Shown: positions 39,569 through 48,629 of the stretch, piece after piece
Numbering within the stretch: position 1 is the stretch's first letter
Layout: the number at the start of each line of letters is the position of its first letter
Source of the DNA: Saccostrea cucullata
Taxonomy: Eukaryota
Assembly (NCBI RefSeq): GCF_032062105.1
Contig: NW_026925523.1
Coordinates: forward strand, 62,001-126,000
Direction: 5' to 3'
DNA length: 64,000 bases
The notes under the pieces: generated by a model
The model's input: the letters and a program-made list of their open reading frames with translations, nothing else
The model's database searches: none
What the model was told of the DNA's origin: nothing
Program-made: the position numbers and the translations under genes

Positions 39569-41044
39569 CTGAATCCAGATAATATTGCATTATTCTAAAA
39601 GTAGTTCTTATATGAAAAGGAGCTGGTTCCAATAACCACTCTCTTGAAAATATTATTGTAACACTTTAGATAAATAACTCTACATCAATAATCAATCATG
39701 AAATTTGACTCGTCAAATTACGATAAAACACATTTCTTAAGTTAATACAAACTTTTATGAAGTTACTTTACAAGTTCGAGTAAATGTTGTACTAATCAAG
39801 CCTCTTTCTTTACACCTCACTATAACTAACTATTAACGGTAATTCCAGCAGCTAGCAAAGGACAACCTTAAGGAATACTGTACAAAAAGTAGTGGGTTTA
39901 ATCAGATGTGCATGCTTAAGAACGCCAATATACATTTTTAAAATGAAATCATAACATTTTATTAAAAACAATAAGAAATGATTTCTAAGCATTTGATACA
40001 AACAACTAAATAATTATTATCTAATTTTTTTTCCTCCATGGCATCTTATCCCACCTCTGATGTTTCGGAGGTCCGTGTTTGCTCTGCTATTATTTTGTAT
40101 TGTTTTATGGACTTCGGTATTTATAGACTGTTTGTTATCTTCACGTCCTTCTTGAAACACCTACCAGGTACTAGATAAATCTTTTAAATCGAACATGCAC
40201 TTGATAACACTCAAAATGGATAACAGATAAAATCATTCAAGTTCAGTTCGATTTGAATAACAAACTAGTTGGTGAAATATGATATTTTAGAAAATCTGAT
40301 ATACTTGACGTTCAGTAGATCAGATAAAAGAATGTCCTTCACAGATAAACTGATTCTGAATCATATATATTTTTGGAAAAAAAAATTTCAGTGTACAGTA
40401 CAGCATGTCAATTAAGATTTAGTAAATTTGAAACTTGTATTTTCATTATTATATAGTAAAATATTTTTTATAGATAAGATTTATAAAGCACTGTATGTGC
40501 TGAAAGAAATAATAGTATCCCACTCTCTGTGATATTTACACATATGTTGCACCTCATATACTGCGATGTGTTAAATTACAATTTCAAAGTTAACCTAAGG
40601 GCTTGTTATTGGCTCACATAAATCAAAACAGCACTAGAGTGATGAATTGGATATGAAAGGATTCAGAATTCTCCTTTACATAAAATGGACAATTTAAAAA
40701 AATAATTAAAACACCCTAGTACAACCCTCCAAAAAACTTTCCAAAGGAGATAACAAACAGTATTCAAGTTTACGACTTCAAAAGTCCATTCAAACAATAC
40801 AAATCAATAGAAGAACAAATACGGACCTCTAAACATAAGAAATGTGATCAGATGCCATTGAGAAATGTCGTCTTTAAGGTGGATGACAATGGAATAATTC
40901 CTATTCCATAAAATAGTGAGAGGTTATTGGGCTCCTGGATATTGTCGTCATGGATATATATTCATCATATTTAAGTTATAGAGAAATTGAATTCATATAT
41001 TAACATCCAGTATTTTCAAACATATCTAATTAACCTGATGATAT

Positions 41045-42103
41045 CAGGGTTCTCCACATTTGAAAATTTAACCATGGAGGAAGCTGCGTGAAGACAAAAT
41101 GCGCGTTAGACTTCCTAATCTTCATTAATCAATTACTGGTTTTACAATTTGTTAACTTTACCATTGCAACACAAAACAATGGAATAACTAACTCTGTTTA
41201 AAGTTAAAAAAAATAAGAATTAAAATTGAAAAGGATTTATCCTGTATTTTACCTCACAAATGTACCAGAATTTGACCATAACTGTAGTAATCTTCCGAAG
41301 AAATTAAAAAAAAAATTGCTGATACATTAACCATGGCAATAATATTCAGAAATTAATAATTGTAAGAATTGTTGTAGCCTGTTGTATGAAATGTTTTGTT
41401 TAAATATGACTAAAACTGATGAATGGGTAGTATTTTTTAAGTAAACACATAAAGGAACAATTGGATAAGTGTCCTTTTTTTCTAAGCATTCAATTTTTCT
41501 AGATAATGCGTTTTTCACCAAGTTTTGTTTACTTCTCCACGTGCCCCAGTGCTAAAAATAGCGCCACGAGACGTCTCATAACAACGGGAAGTAACTCTAA
41601 AAATAAGACGGCGATTGACACTTAGGTCCTATGCACATTTAAATATCGAAAACGATAATAAAGTTAAAGCTTAAAAAACATAGCATGGGAAATTGATTAA
41701 ATACAGAGGAATATGAATTTTTTTACAGAGTATTTTTGGGCTAATATATCATCAAGATTGTCAACGTTAAAAAAAAACTATATACTGTTAAAACAGCTGG
41801 CCGACCGACCTTCAATTCATGAATTCTCACGCTTCACGGCACATTCGCAGCTGATCGACCGTGGGTAATTAGCACTATTACCTGTACGTGTGCGCTTGGG
41901 GGGCTTCACAACACGTTGTATAAACACAATTAACTACTCAGATAGTATATTGCAGGTGTCATCTCTGAAAATGCAAGTTTTAAATTCTAAAATTTAACCA
42001 TGGCGGGCACGGATTTTAACCATGGCGCAGCAAATTTAACCATGGCGCACACAAATTTAACCATGGCGTACCTCCATGGTAAAACCCCTTATGGAGAACC
42101 CTG
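41045..42103. mobile_element. Non-autonomous hAT-like element with a 5-bp TSD (hAT5-like)
   Basis: TIR CAGGGTTCTCCA / TGGAGAACCCTG, TSD GATAT on both sides, subterminal TTTAACCATGG repeats at both ends. Confidence 0.75.
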
Positions 42104-43509
42104 GATATAAAGGGCAACAACTTAACAGCAACTAAAAAATTTTAATTGTCTTTAAAATGATCAATATTATTTAACTCCTGTATTAAATTTCAAGTTTTTT
42201 ACTTAATAATTGAGGAAATAAGGATATTTTTTATTTACTGCAGTATAATTTATAGGTATAAATAAAGCTTAAATGCATCTGTGTATATTTACGAAATATC
42301 TACAAAGTGAGGTCATAAAATTATTTTAAAAGAAATGCAAATTACGTCAAAGAAAATACCTTTTGTGCCATGAAGAAACTGTGTTACGATTAACACGAAC
42401 CCAGCTGCTTTGACGGAAAATTTAACCATTTGTCCTTTAGTTATGTTCTTCTTCTTTACAGAATAATTTTTTACAAAATGTTTTCTGTATTTCTGTTTAT
42501 ATATGTATGATTCCTTATCAAACAATCTGGTTCTGATGAAATATCTAGCTTTGTGTCATTTGAATTGATTGATGTCAACTCAAATTAAATAGTTCACAGA
42601 ATAAATACGTGTACCCGCTGTTGCAAATGATGTCAATTGTCATCATTTGACCTTCTATTTGTCAAGTATTCTAGAAGTCAGGTTTGTTTATAATTTTTAT
42701 ACAGTGCATGTTTTTTAAACAGTTTCTAATAAATCATAAAAAAAATCAATGCAATGTTTGTATTAGTAAATCTCAACATATTTTCTTTACATGTTTTACA
42801 AAGACGGGTTGAGAAGCGGTTTTCGATATTTTTGCGATTTAAAAAAAATATGCAAAAATAAACAAAGAAATGCATGTACATATAGAAAAAGAAACATCAA
42901 TCACGCTCTAAAGCCATTTTAAACAATACAATCCGAGGAGCAGAGAAAACAAGCCTCCTAAAAAATATATTAGGTGGGATAATGTGCCATGGAGAAGAAA
43001 GCATTCCCTGTTGACCAGTCTCGACCGCCATGTGCTTTTTGTCATGACCTGGCAAAGGACAAAAATGGGAGACAATTCAGATTGATTGTTAGTAATGGCT
43101 AAACAATTGGATTTGGCGCAAAAACCACAGCCTATGGATTGCATTTGCTTCATTGTCATTCTATCTACCACAAAGTTTGCATAATTTTGACGTTGAACAA
43201 GACGCAACGACTAAATTCATTTGGCAATAGCTTGCCATCGAAGGTAGAACGTTCTCTTGCGTATTTTTTATGGGTATATTTCTAAATATTAAAAATAGAC
43301 AAGTTAAAATCACCACGTTTATCAATAAGGTTATTTATTGTAAGGTGACCAAATAAATAAAAAAAGTCTTTTCTATTAAATAACCAAAAATGAAACAGAA
43401 GCGTCACACTCGATGGTATTATTCAATTCAAACTCACTGGAATGTATTGTGTCAACATATAAATAATAATGACTATTGTTAATTGATAAAACGTAACCAA
43501 TATTTAAGA

Positions 43510-43660
43510 AATAAACAACGTTATTTAGTGAACATGGCGTTATGAATAGCAATTGCTCTGCTGGCATATTCCATGATGCGCGCTAGCGCATCATGGAAAA
43601 TATGCCAGCAGAGCTATTGCTATTCATCACGCCATGTTCACTAAATAATCGTTGTTTATT
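43510..43660. repeat. Near-perfect ~150-bp palindrome
   Basis: Arms TTATTTAGTGAACATGGCG..CATGATGCGC / GCGCATCATG..CGCCATGTTCACTAAATAA with few mismatches. Confidence 0.9.
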
Positions 43661-45210
43661 ACTTATATTTGCATTTTTTGATGTTGTCAAGAATATCAGA
43701 GGAAATCCTGACTTACATAAGGACGAAGCTTCTTCTGTCTTCAGTAAAGAAAACACATACGGCTTTAAAATCAGTACACCTGATCAATACTCCTTTTCTC
43801 TAATAAATCACAATTTTAAAAGTATTTCCCTCTCTAACACAGTTATCTGGATACAAGCAGCGCCGTCATCACATTCTCTTAATTTTTGTTTTGATGCAGT
43901 CGTGACGTCATCGATCAACGTTATTGAAATCCTCTGACAAAAATCAATTATTTAACACTATGATAAAAATGAGAATGATTTTATAATGATTATTACTCAA
44001 GTATGCTTTTCTGTGATTTTTTTGGTACTTTTTCTATTTATTTTTACTTGAAATAGATATACATCTACTAGTTAAAGAGATTTTCTCTTTCTGTATGTTA
44101 TTACCCAAGTGTGAAGAGTTATCGTTCTTTGTACAAGTATGCATGATACGAAAAAATAAAAATATGGAGTTCTATTCCTTTTTTAAAAAGTTTTAAATTA
44201 CAATTAAATACATTGACCAAAAATAAATTTTTAAAGATATCAAACAGCAATTTTAAATTGTTCTGAATTCCTTTTTTTCCAAAAAATATTATTAAAAACT
44301 TATATTTAGTCCTTTTACGAAACATTTCATATATATACTTCTCAACACGGTTTATAAGTGTAGTAGAGATTGTTCTACACGAGTGAGATAGAGCAATTGC
44401 ACTCACAGCAGAAGCAATTGCGTCTATAGTCCTATGAACGCAGTTGATGGCTACATGTTCATAGTAAGAGAGAGCAGTGGATATGCAAATATATGTAAAT
44501 GTTAAATTAAAGTCGTAGAAAAGTCCTCTACCCCTATCTATGAAGGTGAATTCCACTACAATGTCTCAAGGTCTGCATATAGCTCTATCTGAGTATCTCT
44601 TACTCCCCAGAATGGGAGATGATAGTACGTTTTGGCCGTGCATGGTTCGTGACAATAAATCCACTACCATCTGCAAATAACACGGTGTCTTTGTTTATAT
44701 AGTTCTGCAGTGCACATCATTACAGGCGATGGAAATATATGTGAAAAGGACATTCTGAATTAGTATCGACATAAATACCCGTATAGTTAAATACAAGCCA
44801 AATAACAGTACCCTTTCGCTTTCAATAAAATAAAATGTAATGATATATTGTGTTGGAAAGCTTATATGTACTACTAGCATCTTGCAGTGGTTTAGTTGAT
44901 ATAAACTCAAGTCTTTGTTTGTAAGTTTCATTATTATGACCATGACGATTGCATTGTAAAAGAGCTGCGTTTTCATTTGACATATGTCACTCTATTTAAT
45001 AGTTTGAGTCTTCTTTCAAAGGAAATTCCTCAAACTCAAACTTTTGTATTCTTATTTTAAAAAACAGATACAAGAAAAAACACTCTTTGCTTTGCTTTCG
45101 ACATTTACTAAATCTAAGACCGTTTAATATTGTTAACTGAATTTTCTCATTTATTTGTTGACTCGACTCTTCGTATCGCACTACATCGCATCGCAAATTT
45201 GATACAATAT

Positions 45211-45435
45211 TAAAGTAAACCCCAAAGGTAATGTAACAACGGTTTATTATATATATACACTACAATTATCAACTGTATCCGAGTGGGTCCTGGCCCGGGG
45301 GTTAGACTCACCAACTTCTAGTTGCGTCTTCTCGCTTGGCCATCGTCAGGGAGAAAGAGGCCCGTGCGACTGTCCCGCCATCTGACGTCACCTTGTCAGT
45401 AGGTCGTACCACGGGACAGTCGCACAGATACTACA
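45211..45435 (-). repeat. 3' LTR
   Basis: Identical to 54032-54256; termini TG...TA in element orientation. Confidence 0.97.
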
Positions 45436-45452
45436 CTCCCCCCGTTTTCTTT
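45436..45452 (-). promoter_or_regulatory. Polypurine tract
   Basis: AAAGAAAACGGGGGGAG directly upstream of the 3' LTR. Confidence 0.9.
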
Positions 45453-45704
45453 AACAGGCTTAGGTCCTCACTGGGGGGAGGGTCCGGTACCATCTCCAGC
45501 GATGGGGCGCTATTAACGCCCGCCCGGACAGGCTGCCCAGGAACAATAAGGCCGGGTCAAGCCCCAGATAATGGAAACTCAGGAAGATCCCTGAGTAAAG
45601 AGGGTCCGGGATTGCTCCCAGTTACACTCAAAGCCCTAAGTCCGGGATAATTCCCGGATACTGAGAATACTGAATACAGGGGTGAGTCCAGGTCTCTGAC
45701 CTGC

Positions 45705-48491
45705 TCACCACTCCTGCACCACGGCGAGGGTCACCCTCCTAGCTCCAGGCCACGGCATCTCCGCGGTGATAATGCCCCCAGTGATGGTTCCAGGTGGAGG
45801 TCGGCCGGGGGCAGAGTCTTCCTCGGGACGGGGAATATCTTCAATGGGGGAGGTCTCCTCGCTGTCGGTGTCCTCAAGACGGCGGACCGGAACAAGAGCT
45901 CCTGAGGGGGTGGGCTGACGCCACACGCATCTGTCCGATGGTCCTCCAGGAACACCGATGGGCAAACTCATGCTGAAACTCGTCACCCGCCGACTTCCAA
46001 TCCTACGCCCGTTGAAGGCAGTAAGATATGCCCATCGGAGCCGGGGGGACAGGCGCTGCAAGACATGGGCGTGGACCCTCCAGTGAAGCAGCAAGGCGGG
46101 ATGTAGCGCCCCTGTCATGATGTACACAGCTGGGGGGACTCCCCAACGTGATGACATAGAGCGTCCATGGCCTGCACGAGGTCCTGAGTAACGAGGCTGT
46201 TCCTGTCCGGAAAAACGGCCTCCCCCCCGAATGCCATCCGCCAGAGTTTGAACGTCCCCATCCTCGCCCAGGACCTGGCGGGCTAACCATCTGAGGGCTT
46301 CCATACGAAGGGCGGAGACTTCCGGGGTAGGGGGCACCCCGTGTCTAAATACGGCGGGGAGGTGGTGCCGCAACATGTGGTCCCTCAGCTTCCTAGTCAT
46401 TGCCCCACACGGAAGGGGGCAGGGAGAGGGAGGATGCTCCCTCCTAGCTCCTCTATCTCGGCTCCTACGGGAAGTAGGTTGGGGTCCGGGAATCCTGTCC
46501 GAGGCCGGGTCGGATCCATCAGTCCTTCCGGATGGTGGTGGCGATGTGGGCCGAGGGGTGTCTCTAGGACTCTCCTGGCGCTCTGGGGGTGAGGGTACCC
46601 TCCTCTCAGGGGACGACTCTGGGGGCCTCATCTCCCATTCTGGGACCCTTTGGTTGTACTGGGAGGGAGAACGCTCCCTCCTCCAGCCTCTCACAGGTGA
46701 CTCTTCATCGTCAGATGAAAGGTCAGAAAACTGACCTTCCACAGGTGAACTGCAAAAGAAAGCAGACCCCACATTAGCTACCCTGGGCCCCCCCATACAA
46801 TCTGGGCATATATACTGATCCAGGGAGGAAGCCTCCTGGGAAGTAACCCCCACACAAACCCCATGAAACCAACTGTAACACTGATCACACTGGATCATGA
46901 GTCCCCCATCGTCTGGTTTACGACAGAAACAGTACAGTTCTGAGTCAGTTAGCTCCCCATCTGAGGACTTGGCGGACTCGAAGGAGGGCGACCGTACCTT
47001 GCGCGGGCGCCCCCGTTTCCTTGGTGCACGGGGAGGGCTGTCAGAGGACGAACTCGGGTAGGGAGGCCCAGGGGCCTCACACAAGGGAGCATCCCCCTCT
47101 AGCAATGGGGCACCACTTACGTCACATCCTTCCTGGGACTGGGTTCGGAACTTCTCTTGATACCGGGACAACCACAAGGGTATATCCCGGTCTACACACT
47201 TCTTCAGGCGATCGTGGTTGACAACCATCACAGTGAGCTTAGTCTTGACTCTGTAAAGGTGTGAGCTTAACTTTTTCAAGATTATGCCTGGACCCTTCCA
47301 TGAGGGGCTCAACTTTCTGCACTTCCCCTTTACAGTGGCTGTGTCAAGGACATAAACCAGGTCTCCCTCGTTGTAAGAGTGAGCCGAAACCCTGAGGTCA
47401 TAATCTCTCTTCATGCGTTCCTCCGAGGTCTGGAGGCGACGCCTGGCTGTCTCATGAGCCGAATGGATAGACTTCTCAAGGTTGACCACGTAGCCCTCGA
47501 GGTCAACTGCGGGGTCCTTCTGGGGTGGGGCAAACATCAGGTCAGCAGGGATATTCACCTCCCTGCCCAACATGAGCTTGTTGGCCGTAAATCCGGTGTT
47601 CCTGTTAACAGCTGAGCGCAAAGCACCTGCTATCTGGGCAAGATGTTCATCCCAGCAGTTCTGAGCCTTGTCTATGTAACAGCGCACAGCATCCATCAAG
47701 GTTCTGTTATACCTCTCTACCTGGCCATTAGCCGAGGGACGATAAGGGGTAGTACGGGCCTTATGGATCTGCAACAGGTCGCACACTGCGGTGAATAGCT
47801 TACTCTCGAAGTTCCTACCCTGGTCCGTGAAGATCTGGAAGGGGCAGCCAAAGCGAGCGAAGAATCCGTCAACCGCTGCAGTAGCAGTGACCTCCGCAGT
47901 CTGGGTTGGCAGGGGGATACATTCCACCCATTTGGTGAACTGGTCCACCATGACAAGGACATACTCGTTACCCTGTTTGGTCCGGGGCAAGGGCCCCAGA
48001 AAATCAAGATGGACTCTCTCCATAGGGGAACCTGCGTGGTACTTAATCATATCTGCTCTTGCATGGCGCTGGGGGTGCTTGTTTCTACTGCATGGACCGC
48101 AAGTGCTCACGAACTGTTCAGCCTCCCTCATCATCCCATACCAGAAATATCTATCCCGCAAGCGAGCCTTGGTTCTATCAATGCCCTGGTGGCCAGCTGC
48201 TGGGACGTCATGGCACAGGCGTAGCACCTCTTTCCTCAGCTCCTCAGGGACAACTAATAGCCTATTCCCCTCCCCCACTACCTTCCAAAGGACTTTGTCC
48301 TGGTCTATGGTGAAGGCTGCCCTATTCAGCCAATAGTTCTTCACCGCTGGGCTCGCTAGGAAAATCACTCCCTCCTCTGGATCCGCATCACCCTCTACCC
48401 AATCAAGAAACTGACTGATCTCTGAGTCCCTGAACTGGCATAAGCTCATTTCTTCTGGTGTCAGACCCACCAATGATCGACACAGAACCAC
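45705..48491 (-). CDS. Integrase (HHCC, DDE, GPY/F-like) with a C-terminal extension: AT-hook, PHD finger, C2H2-like domain
   Basis: CHDVPAAGH..CGPC; VHLDFLGP..VDQFTKW..TDQGRNFES..NGQVERYN; KLSPSWKGP; RKRGRPRK; YCFC..CDQC..WFHGVC..CPDC. Confidence 0.93.
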   Translation of the reverse strand: MVLCRSLVGLTPEEMSLCQFRDSEISQFLDWVEGDADPEEGVIFLASPAVKNYWLNRAAFTIDQDKVLWKVVGEGNRLLVVPEELRKEVLRLCHDVPAAGHQGIDRTKARLRDRYFWYGMMREAEQFVSTCGPCSRNKHPQRHARADMIKYHAGSPMERVHLDFLGPLPRTKQGNEYVLVMVDQFTKWVECIPLPTQTAEVTATAAVDGFFARFGCPFQIFTDQGRNFESKLFTAVCDLLQIHKARTTPYRPSANGQVERYNRTLMDAVRCYIDKAQNCWDEHLAQIAGALRSAVNRNTGFTANKLMLGREVNIPADLMFAPPQKDPAVDLEGYVVNLEKSIHSAHETARRRLQTSEERMKRDYDLRVSAHSYNEGDLVYVLDTATVKGKCRKLSPSWKGPGIILKKLSSHLYRVKTKLTVMVVNHDRLKKCVDRDIPLWLSRYQEKFRTQSQEGCDVSGAPLLEGDAPLCEAPGPPYPSSSSDSPPRAPRKRGRPRKVRSPSFESAKSSDGELTDSELYCFCRKPDDGGLMIQCDQCYSWFHGVCVGVTSQEASSLDQYICPDCMGGPRVANVGSAFFCSSPVEGQFSDLSSDDEESPVRGWRRERSPSQYNQRVPEWEMRPPESSPERRVPSPPERQESPRDTPRPTSPPPSGRTDGSDPASDRIPGPQPTSRRSRDRGARREHPPSPCPLPCGAMTRKLRDHMLRHHLPAVFRHGVPPTPEVSALRMEALRWLARQVLGEDGDVQTLADGIRGGGRFSGQEQPRYSGPRAGHGRSMSSRWGVPPAVYIMTGALHPALLLHWRVHAHVLQRLSPRLRWAYLTAFNGRRIGSRRVTSFSMSLPIGVPGGPSDRCVWRQPTPSGALVPVRRLEDTDSEETSPIEDIPRPEEDSAPGRPPPGTITGGIITAEMPWPGARRVTLAVVQEW

Positions 48492-48629
48492 CTGAATCCT
48501 CGGGGGGTACCCCCACTACTGCCACAAAGTGGGGATGTCCTGTGAGACGAACCTGGGTCCGGAGGGGGCCATCCACTGACTCCTCATCATCAAAGTCCAC
48601 CTCCGGGGGAGGAAAGCGACCGATACGAC

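Noticed and set aside
44600-44976. Small secreted peptide gene next to the Gypsy insertion (MKTQLFYNAIVMVIIMKL...)
   Set aside because: No recognisable domain and no convincing splice model; needs RNA evidence.
45364-45425. Hammerhead ribozyme in the LTR hairpin
   Set aside because: No CUGANGA plus GAAA core on either strand.
45705-46740. env-like gene
   Set aside because: No signal peptide, furin/fusion peptide arrangement or transmembrane anchor.
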